NCBI GenBank assembly: GCA_963663965.2
Contig: CAXXFK010000026.1
Location: forward strand, 39,887-103,886
Reading direction: 5' to 3'
Origin: Sedimentisphaerales bacterium
GTDB lineage: Bacteria; Planctomycetota; Phycisphaerae; Sedimentisphaerales; SM23-30
DNA length: 64,000 nt
Shown here: one piece after another, positions 43,005 to 54,312 of the stretch
How positions within the stretch are numbered: position 1 is the first letter of the stretch
Layout of the letters: every line of letters begins with the position of its first letter
Position numbers and translations under genes: made by a program
Notes under the pieces: model-generated
The model's database searches: none
The model's input: the letters and a program-made list of their open reading frames with translations, nothing else
What the model was told of the DNA's origin: nothing

Positions 43005-43937
43005 ATGAGTCGTCCTGATCACCCGTGGTATAATGAAGGTCTGGCATTCATCTGCCAGGGATGTGGCAACTGTTGTTCGGGACCGAATGAAGGTTATGTC
43101 TGGGTGGATGACGTTGAAATGGAGGCCATTGCAAAATATCTGCATATACCACTAGATCAATTAAAAAAAACCATGATTCGAAAGATTGATAATGGATATA
43201 GCCTCATAGAGAAAGAGCCCAGTAAAGATTGTATTTTTCTATCATGGCCAACCAATGGCCAGAAAGGTTGTGAAATCTATCCGGTGCGCCCGATGCAATG
43301 TCGAACCTGGCCATTTTGGCAGGAGAATCTGAAAAATAAGAAAACCTGGGAAAAGGCTGGAAGGGCATGTCCGGGGATTAATCAAGGGAATTTATATCAT
43401 AGCGAGCAGATCCAATCCATTCTTAACAGCAATTCAAAAGGAGATTGTGACAATCCCATAGATATGGAGCATTGCGTCCTTTGGATTCGTTCTCATCTGG
43501 ATTGGGATAATGCAGACGCATCTCTGGAGCAGATCTATCATTTTATTTACGAGCGTTTAAGCACCCAGGGCAATCAATGTGAGAATTGCGGCAGTTGTTG
43601 CCATTTTAAGGCTTATGGCCACAAGCTCTATGTAACTACCGTCGAAGTACTTTTCTTTCTTCGACATATTAATAATGATAACAACTGGTTACTTGACAAT
43701 CTTAGTCCACTAAAATGTCCAGCGGGGTGTGCTGATGGATGTCGTGAATATGATCATCGTCCCGCGGGATGCCGGATATTCTATTGTCAATCCATTTCGA
43801 ATGATTATCAATATGAACTGACCGAACAAGTGTTACGCAATTTGCGTCAATTACATAATGAACTGGACGCGCCCTATTTATATGCAGACTGGATGGCATG
43901 GTTGGGCGCCATCCGTTCAAAGATCAGCGGTGGGTAA
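43005..43937 (+). CDS. YkgJ/UPF0153 cysteine-cluster protein with two domains
   Basis: CQGCGNCC...CIFL...CEIYPVRPMQCRTWPFW, then CENCGSCC...CP...CREYDHRPAGCRIFYC. Confidence 0.85.
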   Translation: MSRPDHPWYNEGLAFICQGCGNCCSGPNEGYVWVDDVEMEAIAKYLHIPLDQLKKTMIRKIDNGYSLIEKEPSKDCIFLSWPTNGQKGCEIYPVRPMQCRTWPFWQENLKNKKTWEKAGRACPGINQGNLYHSEQIQSILNSNSKGDCDNPIDMEHCVLWIRSHLDWDNADASLEQIYHFIYERLSTQGNQCENCGSCCHFKAYGHKLYVTTVEVLFFLRHINNDNNWLLDNLSPLKCPAGCADGCREYDHRPAGCRIFYCQSISNDYQYELTEQVLRNLRQLHNELDAPYLYADWMAWLGAIRSKISGG

Positions 43938-45893
43938 TTCAATGCTGAAACAACTGCCCTGTCCGGGTTGTGATTTGACTGTAACTCGGCCATCCAGACG
44001 GTCAAGGATTCTACGGACTGCGCACAATCCAAGGCCATCCCCTTCGTATTTTTGGGGATCGATTCGATAAAAAATATTGAAAATAACATCCTGATGCTCT
44101 GGGGCAATGCCAATTCCATTGTCAATGACTCGATAGATCGCCTTATCATCCAGGATTTCGCCTTCGATAGAAATGAGACCGGGCTTTTCAGAATCCAGAT
44201 ATTTGAGGGCATTATCAATCAAGTTAGAAAACACTATGGATATCTGGCTGGCATCCGTTTGGCAGGGAGGCAGAGGGAATATTTTAAATGCGGCCCCACG
44301 GTTTCTTGCACGGTAAGAATGTGATTTGAGAATGTCACCGATCAGTTTATTCATATCCACTTTTTCAATATTGCAGGCATGATGGCCAAGACGAGTGATT
44401 TTGAGAAGGCCATCTAATATCTGGAACATTTTATCTACACTTGGCCGGATATAGGACAATATCTCATCAATTCCCGCGAGGAATCCGCGGGTATCCGTCG
44501 GATGGCTGTTCTTAACGAGGTGGGGTTGTTCCAATTCAGATCGATATTGAATCAGATGGTGGGACAACTCCTTGAAAAAGCCATCAATGTTAACCAAAGG
44601 GCTTCTCAAGTCATGTGAGGCAATTTGTATCATACTTTCCAGTTCGGCATTACGAGCCTGCAATTTTTCATCAAGATAATTTCTTTCCTGTTCGCTTTCA
44701 ATGGCACGGGTAATATCATGGATACTGGATCTGATCCCGACAAATATACCATCAGAATCCAAAATAGGATTCCATGATGCTGACATCCATGCTATTTCAC
44801 CATCTTTACGAATGATTCGAAAAGGAATATCCTGCATCTGACGGTGGCTGGCAAAAACCATATTGCGGGCTTTGTTATAATATTCGCGGTCATCCGGATG
44901 AACCAGCGACAAGGGATAATCATACATTTTCAGGCATTCTTCAGGCGTATAACCCGTTAAGGATTGCACGGAACTATTCAGCCATTCAGGTTGCAGATCC
45001 GTACCAATCCAATCTTCCCAGTTTGAAGTATAATCCGCAATGGCCCTGAAACGTTCTTCGCTGGCAATCAGCGAGGCTTCATTGTCTTTATATCGTTTAA
45101 AAATCATCTCATACGGTTGTGTTAAACATCTATGTACTAAAGCCTTATAGATGTAATAATAGGAAAGTAATTTGAAATAGTGTGGCCAGAGATCTAATGG
45201 ATTACCCCTGTTATATAGTACACCAAAGATGAATTCTCCAATTAGTGTGGCCAAGAAAGAAACCAGCAACAGGATGAATTGTTTTTGTTCGAAATATTTA
45301 CGTCTGTAAACTAAAGCGGTTATTGCGAAAATAAGCAATATACTAATAAGAAATTCGGACAATTTATGAAAATTCGTTATTCCCTTATCTGTATGGTAAC
45401 TCGCCGGGAAAACAGCGGTGACAATGATTCCGAATAAAAAGATAGCGGTCAGGATAGTCAGAATAGTAAAAATGAGCAGAGGGGATATCCGTTTACGGTA
45501 AAACAGAAAGGCTGCCAGCAGACAGATGCAATGCATTTGTCTGGCGGCAAGCCACAATTGGTTAGTAATATTCGTAGAATCGTATTCAACCGACGGTACT
45601 TTGAAACAGATATAGATATTTGTCAAATCAAGAATTGCTACAAATAGGCAGGAAATCCCGATGAAAAGTGGAACACTATCCGTTTGAATATGTCGATAAT
45701 TCCAATAAAGCAAAAAGATGGAGACACCTAGTATAGAAGCGAAACATTCTATGGCAAAATGACAAAAAAATGGATTTTGGTTGTGCAAGATTGTAAATAA
45801 CACCAGAACTGGCAGAACAATGTGCATATCAAGTAATTTGACTAAGATAAGGAGAAAAGAGTGCGTTTCAGATTTACGATCCCAGAAGCTCAT
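43917..45893 (-). CDS. Membrane sensor histidine kinase (MASE3-like, PAS, HisKA, HATPase)
   Basis: N-terminal TM bundle; PAS (VHPDD); H-box ASHDLRSPL; NLIDNA, DNGIGI, GDGLGL. Confidence 0.92.
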   Translation of the reverse strand: MSFWDRKSETHSFLLILVKLLDMHIVLPVLVLFTILHNQNPFFCHFAIECFASILGVSIFLLYWNYRHIQTDSVPLFIGISCLFVAILDLTNIYICFKVPSVEYDSTNITNQLWLAARQMHCICLLAAFLFYRKRISPLLIFTILTILTAIFLFGIIVTAVFPASYHTDKGITNFHKLSEFLISILLIFAITALVYRRKYFEQKQFILLLVSFLATLIGEFIFGVLYNRGNPLDLWPHYFKLLSYYYIYKALVHRCLTQPYEMIFKRYKDNEASLIASEERFRAIADYTSNWEDWIGTDLQPEWLNSSVQSLTGYTPEECLKMYDYPLSLVHPDDREYYNKARNMVFASHRQMQDIPFRIIRKDGEIAWMSASWNPILDSDGIFVGIRSSIHDITRAIESEQERNYLDEKLQARNAELESMIQIASHDLRSPLVNIDGFFKELSHHLIQYRSELEQPHLVKNSHPTDTRGFLAGIDEILSYIRPSVDKMFQILDGLLKITRLGHHACNIEKVDMNKLIGDILKSHSYRARNRGAAFKIFPLPPCQTDASQISIVFSNLIDNALKYLDSEKPGLISIEGEILDDKAIYRVIDNGIGIAPEHQDVIFNIFYRIDPQKYEGDGLGLCAVRRILDRLDGRVTVKSQPGQGSCFSIELPTADL

Positions 45894-46164
45894 ATCTTTA
45901 TTTCCTGTTTGGTTGGTGATATGGTCTGAATATAAATAAAATCTCCAATTTGGTTAGTGAATACGATATGTCATTCACTTGATATCTGAGTATAAGATAA
46001 TCGAAAGGCTCAGGCCTGTCTAGTGTTAGTGTAACCGATTGCAACATAAGGAATTATGGGGGTTTATTTAAAAAGTTGCATTCAATCTCTCTTTTAAGGT
46101 ATAATACTCAAAGTCAAATTACCAATTAGCAATATCAGGTCGTTAACCTGAGAGACCGAGGCGA

Positions 46165-48450
46165 ATGGATCAGGCATTAAACGGTTATCAAGTAGTAGTA
46201 GTGGATGATGATACTGGGTTTTCATCATTAATAAGTCATGTCTTACATTCACACGGTTATCGCATACTCTGTTTTGAGCGCGGTCAGGAAGCCATCGAAT
46301 GGCTGGGAAAAAATGAAGCGGATCTGATGTTGCTCGATTACAGTCTGGATGATATGACCGGCAGGGATGTTGTTGAGCAATTGGACCGATGCCGTCGGCG
46401 TTTACCTTTTATCATGGTGACGGGAGATGGCAATGAACGGCTGGCTGCGGAGATGGTTAAATTTGGAGCAGAAGATTATCTGGTCAAAAATCAGGAACTC
46501 ATTGATCTGCTACCCCTGGCTCTGGAACAAACATTGGAATTAGTCAAACAGCGTAAGACGTTGGAACTGGCTCAGAAGAACTATCATAAATACGAATCGC
46601 TTTATCGAGAATTGTTCAATTCTGCAGCAGACGCCTGGCTGATGGTTGATGATCAGGGCGTGATCATGGAAATCAACCAGAAAGTCAGCGACATATTTGG
46701 CTATGCGCCTCAGCAACTGCTGGGCGCCAGCCTCGAAAAGCTCTGTCCCAAAGAAACCCGGGCCATCATGTCTGAGATTGTAAATTATGTCAGGCAGGGA
46801 CAGTCAATTGTGAAGGAAACACTGGGGGCCAAACAGGATGGCACTATTTTAGACTTAGAGATCAAGGGCAATCAAATCGCCAGTCTGGAAAAACCTGCCG
46901 CAATGTTTATCATACGTGATATCAGTGAAAGAAAATGGGCCGAGGAAGAATTAAAGCTAACCAACCAGCAGTTGCGTGTCAGCGAACAGGCTGTTCGGGA
47001 AAGAGAACGCCGTTTACGCGCAATTTTTCAGGGATCTGCGGTAGGTATTGTCTTGTATGATCTGGAAGGCAAGGCAATCGAAAGTAATCATTTTTTTCAA
47101 CGATTGACAGGATATTCTAATATTGAGTTGCGAGCGATCCCTTTCCAGGATTATTTACATCCAGAAGATCGCAGTTCCAGCCAGACAATTTTTTCAGATT
47201 TGAAACAGGGCAAGTGTTCCTGTTATCAAATTGAAGAACGCTATATCAGTCGCATGGGAATTGTCTGCTGGGTTCGAGTGACTGCGTCAATCATGAAAGG
47301 AGATGGAGGCCAATCCGATTATATCATTCATGTGATTGAAGATATCAGCGAGCGGAAACAGGCAGAAGAGTCATTGCGTAGAAACGAGAAAAAATATCGT
47401 CTCTTGTTTGAAAATATGCTCGATGGATTCGCCTATTATCAGATTATCTTTTCGTCTAAGCAAGAACCGATCGATTATATTTGCCTGGAGATCAATGGCG
47501 CTTTCGAAAGATTGACCAGTTTGAAACGAGAGGATGTGATTGGCAAAAAACAATCCGAAATGACAGCCGCGAATCTGGATGATACTTTTGATTGGAAAGA
47601 CCTGTGTTCCATGCTGGCCAGAACGGGCGAAGTTCATCGTGTAGAAAAATATTCCGAAAAAATGAATCGGTGGTTTTTAATATCTGCCTACAGCCCGGTG
47701 AAAGGTCATTTTGCCACAATAATTGAAGATATTACTTACCGACGGCAAATCGAAGAAGAATTAAGAGATTTCACCTCGGAATTAGAGACGAGCAACCGAG
47801 ATCTTGAGAACTTTACCCGCCTGCTAACCGGTGACCTGCAGCATCAACTTGAAGCGATTGATAAGGGTTTGGAATGTTTTAAAGATCGCTATACGGATTG
47901 TCTGCAAAAAGAAGCGCAAGCTGAATTAAAACAGATATCCAGCCAGTCACGACGCATTAAGCGTGTTTTAGGTGATGTCATGGTGTGCTCCAGGTTGTCC
48001 TATCATGGTTCACCCTTTGAAGCTGTCGATTTGAAACACCTTGTTCAGCAGATTTTAGAAAGATATCGTACACTTCTGGAAGATGTCGATGCCAATATTG
48101 CATTGCATGATTTGCCCATCGTTTATGGTGACCGGCAGCAACTGTGGCAGATGTTTGAGAAATTATTGGATAACGCAATTGATTATCGAAGCGAGCGAGA
48201 GTTAGTTGTTGAAATTTCCTGCCAAAATGGAGAATCCATGTGGGAAATCTGCTTTAAAGATAATGGGTGTGGCATCGATTATGAACAGCAGGCACGAGTT
48301 TTTGACTTATTCTACAGCGTTAATAATCCTGAAGGTACCGGGGTAGGATTATCCGTAGTAAAAAAAATTGTTGAGCGTCATGGAGGAAATATTCGACTGC
48401 AGTCTCATCCTGATCAGGGAACGGCGCTTTATTTGTCATTTCCGAAATAA
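46165..48450 (+). CDS. Receiver-PAS-PAS-PAS-kinase-like protein with degenerate H-box
   Basis: REC (VDDD, LLDYSL, MVTG, YLVK); three PAS domains; HATPase N/G1/F/G2 boxes; H-box position reads LTGDLQ. Confidence 0.88.
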   Translation: MDQALNGYQVVVVDDDTGFSSLISHVLHSHGYRILCFERGQEAIEWLGKNEADLMLLDYSLDDMTGRDVVEQLDRCRRRLPFIMVTGDGNERLAAEMVKFGAEDYLVKNQELIDLLPLALEQTLELVKQRKTLELAQKNYHKYESLYRELFNSAADAWLMVDDQGVIMEINQKVSDIFGYAPQQLLGASLEKLCPKETRAIMSEIVNYVRQGQSIVKETLGAKQDGTILDLEIKGNQIASLEKPAAMFIIRDISERKWAEEELKLTNQQLRVSEQAVRERERRLRAIFQGSAVGIVLYDLEGKAIESNHFFQRLTGYSNIELRAIPFQDYLHPEDRSSSQTIFSDLKQGKCSCYQIEERYISRMGIVCWVRVTASIMKGDGGQSDYIIHVIEDISERKQAEESLRRNEKKYRLLFENMLDGFAYYQIIFSSKQEPIDYICLEINGAFERLTSLKREDVIGKKQSEMTAANLDDTFDWKDLCSMLARTGEVHRVEKYSEKMNRWFLISAYSPVKGHFATIIEDITYRRQIEEELRDFTSELETSNRDLENFTRLLTGDLQHQLEAIDKGLECFKDRYTDCLQKEAQAELKQISSQSRRIKRVLGDVMVCSRLSYHGSPFEAVDLKHLVQQILERYRTLLEDVDANIALHDLPIVYGDRQQLWQMFEKLLDNAIDYRSERELVVEISCQNGESMWEICFKDNGCGIDYEQQARVFDLFYSVNNPEGTGVGLSVVKKIVERHGGNIRLQSHPDQGTALYLSFPK

Positions 48451-48606
48451 GATCTTGCTATCGCCGATGCAGGGGGTGGTCGGCCCAATAATTCCTGTTT
48501 TTTTAAAAATCTGGTTGCAATTCGAGCCATATTCATAAAATATTAATATATTGAATGTTACATAGACTATGGTGACAAAAAGTCCAAATGAATTGGAGTA
48601 AATGCC

Positions 48607-50616
48607 ATGCCGATAGAATCCGCAGAAAAAATGACATTATCGCTTGATATTTCTGAATCAGAACTAGACTATATGTTAGAAAAGGAATGGTTATTAACCA
48701 ATTCAAGGGGCAGTTATTCTTCCGGAACTGTGCTGGGATGCAATACACGCAGATATCATGGATTGCTTGTCGCGGCATTGCATCCACCGGTAGAACGCTA
48801 TGTGACATTATCTAATATGCTTGAAACAATCGAATATCAGGAAGAAACAGTAGAAATTTCAAGTTTTGAGTTTTCCGACCGTCTCCATCCCCTTGGCTAT
48901 AAGCGCTTGAAAAAATTTCGCAGAGGATGTGGTGTTCACTTTGGTTATAAGTGGAAAAACATCAACATAGAAAAGTCCATATACCTTGATCATGACCGTG
49001 ATGAGCTTTTAATACGCTATCGTTTTGAGGGGGTTAAGGGACCTTTGCATTTCAAAGTGATCCCGATGATCGCTTTGCGAGATTTTCATAGTATGCAGTC
49101 ATCGTCAGCTACTTTTCAAACCGACCGGGAAGGTAGTATTATCAGTGTCCGGGTATTAGATCCCAACGGTCCGGCAGTACATTTATGCGCTCCACAATTC
49201 CAATTCGATAGTGGCGCGGATTGGTGGTACGCAATGCATTATCGAGGTGAAACGCTCCGCGGCCAGCATGATTATGAAGATGTCTGGGCTATGGGGGTTT
49301 TCCATACGACTATTGAGAAAGACGGTGAACTTGCTCTCGTTGTCCATGCCACGCGTGCCATGGAAAGTCCCAAGGATTTGGATTTTGATATCAATCAATG
49401 GGTAACTAAGCAAAATATGCGTCTGGATGGTTTGTTCAAAATAGCCCAGGTTAGTGATGAGACGAGCAGGGATCTGGTTCGAGCTGCGGATCAGTTTGTC
49501 GTGCGGAGGCAGATCCAGAGCGGTAAAGCATCAACCAGTATTCTGGCTGGGTATCACTGGTTTGCGGATTGGGGCCGAGACACCTTTATTGCTTTGCCTG
49601 GATTATTGCTGGATACGGGACGTCATACCGAAGCATTAGAGGTATTGCTGACTTTTGGCTCAGTATTAGATCAGGGGCAGATTCCGAATCGATTTGACGA
49701 TTATGGCGGTGCGCCTCATTACAACAGCATTGATGCTTCATTATGGTTCATCAATGCGGCATGGTCCTATCTGAATCATACCGGTGATCAGGAACAATAT
49801 CATCAACACTTGCGTCCGATGATCGAAACCATCGTCAAACATTATCGTGATGGAACTCGTGATGGCATTCGTGCGGATGAAGATGGATTAATTACCGGTG
49901 GAAGCCATGAAACCCAACTGACCTGGATGGATGCCAAGTGTAATGGCGTGGCTTTTACTCCCAGGTATGGCAAAGCAGTTGAGATCAACGCGCTCTGGTA
50001 CAGTGCGTTAAGAATTCTGGCGGAAAGCAGCGCATCCGAAAAAGAGCAGAAACACTGGCTGGATCTGGCGAACCAGGTAAAGAGCAGTTTTATTCAGGTG
50101 TTTTGGAATGTAGAAGGCCAATATTTAAATGATTGTGTTTATCCGGATGGAGGTATCGATTGCGGTATCCGTCCCAATCAGATTTTTGCCGTATCACTAC
50201 CATTTTCCTGTCTAAAACAGACTCAGCAGAAAGGTGTGCTACAATGTGTTGAACAGCATTTATTAACTCCTTATGGTTTACGCAGTTTGAGTCCTCAGGA
50301 CAATCGATATCGGGGATGGTATGGGGGCGATCAGTTCCAAAGAGATTCCGCCTATCACCAAGGTACGGTCTGGGCGTTTTTAATCGGGCCATTTATTGAA
50401 GCCTACTTAAAAGTACATAAACATAGTAAAAGATCTCTTGCGAATGCATCCGGTTTTATCCAGCCATTGATTGAGCATGTTATGCGTGAAGGCTGTCTTG
50501 GCAGTATCTCGGAAATTTTCGATGGCGATTTTCCCCACTGTCCCAAAGGTTGTGTGGCGCAAGCCTGGAGTGTGGCAGGATTATTACGGGCATACCGGAT
50601 GATTTACGGGATTTGA
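48607..50616 (+). CDS. Glycogen debranching enzyme (amylo-alpha-1,6-glucosidase)
   Basis: EWLLTN, TRRYHGLL, AGYHWFADWGRDT, TWMDAK, RPNQ, AYHQGTVW, QAWSVA. Confidence 0.93.
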   Translation: MPIESAEKMTLSLDISESELDYMLEKEWLLTNSRGSYSSGTVLGCNTRRYHGLLVAALHPPVERYVTLSNMLETIEYQEETVEISSFEFSDRLHPLGYKRLKKFRRGCGVHFGYKWKNINIEKSIYLDHDRDELLIRYRFEGVKGPLHFKVIPMIALRDFHSMQSSSATFQTDREGSIISVRVLDPNGPAVHLCAPQFQFDSGADWWYAMHYRGETLRGQHDYEDVWAMGVFHTTIEKDGELALVVHATRAMESPKDLDFDINQWVTKQNMRLDGLFKIAQVSDETSRDLVRAADQFVVRRQIQSGKASTSILAGYHWFADWGRDTFIALPGLLLDTGRHTEALEVLLTFGSVLDQGQIPNRFDDYGGAPHYNSIDASLWFINAAWSYLNHTGDQEQYHQHLRPMIETIVKHYRDGTRDGIRADEDGLITGGSHETQLTWMDAKCNGVAFTPRYGKAVEINALWYSALRILAESSASEKEQKHWLDLANQVKSSFIQVFWNVEGQYLNDCVYPDGGIDCGIRPNQIFAVSLPFSCLKQTQQKGVLQCVEQHLLTPYGLRSLSPQDNRYRGWYGGDQFQRDSAYHQGTVWAFLIGPFIEAYLKVHKHSKRSLANASGFIQPLIEHVMREGCLGSISEIFDGDFPHCPKGCVAQAWSVAGLLRAYRMIYGI

Positions 50617-50674
50617 TAAATCGGATTAATAAAATATCACTCCTGCCTCATGACAGACTCCGGATTGCGTAACC

Positions 50675-52849
50675 ATGGTGAGCCTTGCCAGCTATAAAAG
50701 AAGATTCGTATTTGTTTGCGTCTATCTGGCGTTTGGCATAATGGGAAATTTGTACGCATTGCTGAATCAGATGTACCAGATAACAGGGCATTCTATTGCC
50801 ACGACACAAATTTTCATTATCGTTGCTGTCATTTCTATATCGGCAGGATTACTCAGCCCGCAGTGGACGATTCAACTGGTGTCAGGCATAACCGGCCCGA
50901 TTCCCTTGCTCTGGTTCCGTGGACAGACACATGGTCAATTGTGGTTACCCCGTGGTCGAACAGATCCGTTAGCGGTCAGTATGGTGCTTTCGGGTTGCAA
51001 CATCATCATCACCGCGTTAGTGGTGCTATTGACCATAACGCTGGATTTTTATTACAGTTTACACATCTGGTTTCAAAGTCGATTCCTTTTTAGCACGTTA
51101 GCCGTCTATTGCCTGGATATTTTTATGATTTTATTGGCGTTGTTTCCAGTATTTTATCTGACGGGCCTGCTTTTAGCGTTGTTATACCGACTCGCATTGT
51201 CATTTACAACAACCACAGGAAAATATCAGGAATTTGAGACTAATATTCCGGCCTATTTATTGCTGGGAGTTTCTTTTGGAGTGTTGACCTGGTCCATGAT
51301 TGTACCCGATCATCTGAATAGCCGTATCGCACTTTGGTTGATCCAGATATTACAGCTGTTCGCCGTATTTTTTATGATGCTGGCAATTCCAAGATTTGCA
51401 CTTATCGGGAATCAGAAAAGTTTTGAACATACTACTGCAGTGCTGGACCGTGTTACGACTAATAATATTAATCCTGATTTGTTAACATTTTTTCTTGCCG
51501 GTTTAATAGCAGTCATAACAACGGTTGTTTTACATACGGCACTAATCCTGTCACAAAGTATTGTTATACGCAAATTCCTGATATTTTTCATTACGGCGTT
51601 TCTTTCTGGCGGTATGTATTATTCATTTCGCCGATCCGGCAGTAAGCGGGCACCCTGGTTGTCGGTGGCGGACAAATGTATCATTTTAACGATTGGTTTA
51701 TTGATTTATGTTTTGCTATTTTCCCGACTCTGGGATTTATATGTGACCAGACGAATGAGTCTGAAGTGGATATTGGGAATATCCTGCTTGATGGTTGCTG
51801 GCGTGTCATTTAAAGGCGGATATTTATTTTTTATTATGAAAAAAATTACCCAGGAAAGTATTGTAAGCCGGTCTTGGGGATGGGCACGCTGGTTGAGTTT
51901 GACGTTATGCGGCTATGGCATTGGCATTTTTTTGGCCATTACAGCATTGTTGCCGGTTTTAGGGTCATTAAAAATTCTGGTAATCGTCATGACCTTGATT
52001 GTTGCGTTATGCCTGATGATTGTCTGGAAAAATCACAAATTATCACCCCAGTCGTTAACATCGAGAGTCATTATATCCGCCTGGGTGTTATTTCTAATCT
52101 GCCTCTGTTACCTGCATTTAAAAAATGGCTGGCTTTCTGTCTCATCAGAATTTCCCGGTATGACAGTAGAACGTTTTGGCGATGCTATTGATTGTCGATA
52201 TCATCGAAGTACCGATGCCTATTATACCTGTTCACTGGGTGAAAAAATCACATTGCCGATCAATACGTCTTGTGAACTGTTGATGGCCCGGACACAAAAT
52301 ACCATACGAAGATTAATGGAAGCCAGATTAGGCCAATTATGCATATGGGGGATGGAAAGCGGAATATGGGATTCATATTTATGGGAAGATTTAAGTGAAG
52401 TTACTTTTTGTGGTTTTAATCAGTTTGGAAAATTAGTAAATTTTAACAAGCTAAAGCCGGTTATTCCGTTACAAGATAATATCCCCGATTCACTTTTATT
52501 CCGTCCCAATAGCCGGCGTTTCGATCTGATATGGATACAAATTACCCCTGATGATATTTCGAGTAATGATATTCTATTATCTGACAGTTGGTGGCATGCC
52601 ATATCATTGAATCTGCAATCAGAAGGCATATTGGCAGTAAACTGGTCAGGATGTCAGAATGAGTTAAATAAAGTAACCTGTATGAAAGAAATAATCAGAA
52701 AGTATTTTCAGAAGCCCGTCAGGGGGTACACTTGCAATCCAGGATGTCCGATCCATATTCAGGTTTTTTCCCGGACGGACGATAATCAAAGACTAAGCCG
52801 ATTGATTGCGGCAGTTCATGAATTATTCCCTGATTTAAAGTCAGAATAG
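50675..52849 (+). CDS. Polytopic membrane protein with degenerate spermidine-synthase/methyltransferase-like C-terminus
   Basis: About 12 TM segments; C-terminal FDLIWI...L.SEGILAVNW resembles a class I SAM-MTase fold, but the glycine-rich motif is eroded. Confidence 0.45.
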   Translation: MVSLASYKRRFVFVCVYLAFGIMGNLYALLNQMYQITGHSIATTQIFIIVAVISISAGLLSPQWTIQLVSGITGPIPLLWFRGQTHGQLWLPRGRTDPLAVSMVLSGCNIIITALVVLLTITLDFYYSLHIWFQSRFLFSTLAVYCLDIFMILLALFPVFYLTGLLLALLYRLALSFTTTTGKYQEFETNIPAYLLLGVSFGVLTWSMIVPDHLNSRIALWLIQILQLFAVFFMMLAIPRFALIGNQKSFEHTTAVLDRVTTNNINPDLLTFFLAGLIAVITTVVLHTALILSQSIVIRKFLIFFITAFLSGGMYYSFRRSGSKRAPWLSVADKCIILTIGLLIYVLLFSRLWDLYVTRRMSLKWILGISCLMVAGVSFKGGYLFFIMKKITQESIVSRSWGWARWLSLTLCGYGIGIFLAITALLPVLGSLKILVIVMTLIVALCLMIVWKNHKLSPQSLTSRVIISAWVLFLICLCYLHLKNGWLSVSSEFPGMTVERFGDAIDCRYHRSTDAYYTCSLGEKITLPINTSCELLMARTQNTIRRLMEARLGQLCIWGMESGIWDSYLWEDLSEVTFCGFNQFGKLVNFNKLKPVIPLQDNIPDSLLFRPNSRRFDLIWIQITPDDISSNDILLSDSWWHAISLNLQSEGILAVNWSGCQNELNKVTCMKEIIRKYFQKPVRGYTCNPGCPIHIQVFSRTDDNQRLSRLIAAVHELFPDLKSE

Positions 52850-52938
52850 TCCGGATGGAAATAGTTGACTTTTCTAAAAAATAGTATTATGATCGAAATA
52901 TGTAACAGGTTAAAATTAAAATAGTTATGAGGTTAAAT

Positions 52939-54294
52939 ATGAGCGATATGGTTAAGCTGGAAGCGCAGCTCAATAGTTTTGATTTGTATGAGCGCCTGTT
53001 GGCGTTGAAATCGCTGGTTCAGTCAAATATTTTATCAGATCAATGCGGATTGAATATCAATATGCATTTTCATTCCTTTTTTTCCTATAATTCACATGGC
53101 TGGTCTCCAGCTAAAATCGCCTGGGAATCAAGAAAAAACGGTTTATATGCTGCCGGTTTGTGTGATTTCGATGTCCTAGATGGTATGGACGAGTTTTTGA
53201 AAGCAGGCCAGATACTTGGATTGCGGACTTCGGTATTTGTTGAGACCCGGGCATTTTTGAAGGAATTTTCACAGGGCGATATTAATTCTCCTGGCGAACC
53301 CGGAGTTACTTATATTATGGGAGCTGGATTTACTAAGGTGATCAATACTGACATGGCGCAGTCGGGCACACTTAATATGCTTCGGAGAACGGCGGGAGAG
53401 CGAAATCTGGCATTAATCGGGAGAGTTAATTCGGCACTACCTCGCATTGCTATTGATTATAAAAATGATGTACAGACGTTGACACCATCAGGTGCGGCTA
53501 CTGAACGACATATCATTTCCGCCTATGTAAATAAGGCAGAACAAGTTCTGTCGGATTTTCACGAGAGGGTTACTTTCTGGGCCGAATTAATGGAGATAGA
53601 TCCAAAAGAAACCGAGCGCCTATTAGAAGCAAGACCTTTACTTGAAGAAAAAGTACGATCAAAACTGGCTAAACGTGGCGGTATCGGATATATCCAGCCC
53701 TCGTCTGACCAATTTCCAACAACCGATAATTTTATCGACTGGGTTAAAGATTGTCAGGCTATTCCGATGGTTGCCTGGCTTGATGGTACCAGCCCCGGAG
53801 AATCAGATCCGGATGCGTTGCTCGATTGTCTGGCAGGGAAAGGGGCAGCAGCATTGAATATAATTCCAGACCGTAACTGGAATTATAAAGATGAAACTGT
53901 GGCTAAGGCAAAACAAGATCATCTCAAGAAGATTGTTCAAGCGGCTGAAATTCGTCAAATGCCAATTAATATCGGTACAGAAATGAATAAGTTAGGACTC
54001 CCATTTGTTGATAATCTGGAATGTTCTGCCTTAAGACCTTATAAGGATATATTTTTAAAAGGCGCCCGGATTATGGTGGGACATTCGATTCTAACGCAAT
54101 TTGCTAATTTTTCTTATTGTTCAAGCGATGCGGAGAATGAATTTGCTGATATTGGAAAGAAAAATGAGTTTTTTGAAAAAGTGGGCGCATTACCCCCTTT
54201 AACAACTAAAAATATCGAACAGTGGGAAGCGATTGATATAGAGAGAATCTATAGTAAAATTGCGAATTCGGTGACAGCCGGACGCTGGTTATAA
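52939..54294 (+). CDS. PHP-domain protein
   Basis: NMHFHSFFS, AGLCDFD; GAGGT RBS; TTGACT-17-TATGAT promoter at 52865-52893. Confidence 0.75.
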   Translation: MSDMVKLEAQLNSFDLYERLLALKSLVQSNILSDQCGLNINMHFHSFFSYNSHGWSPAKIAWESRKNGLYAAGLCDFDVLDGMDEFLKAGQILGLRTSVFVETRAFLKEFSQGDINSPGEPGVTYIMGAGFTKVINTDMAQSGTLNMLRRTAGERNLALIGRVNSALPRIAIDYKNDVQTLTPSGAATERHIISAYVNKAEQVLSDFHERVTFWAELMEIDPKETERLLEARPLLEEKVRSKLAKRGGIGYIQPSSDQFPTTDNFIDWVKDCQAIPMVAWLDGTSPGESDPDALLDCLAGKGAAALNIIPDRNWNYKDETVAKAKQDHLKKIVQAAEIRQMPINIGTEMNKLGLPFVDNLECSALRPYKDIFLKGARIMVGHSILTQFANFSYCSSDAENEFADIGKKNEFFEKVGALPPLTTKNIEQWEAIDIERIYSKIANSVTAGRWL

Positions 54295-54312
54295 AATATA
54301 AGGATCTCGTTT

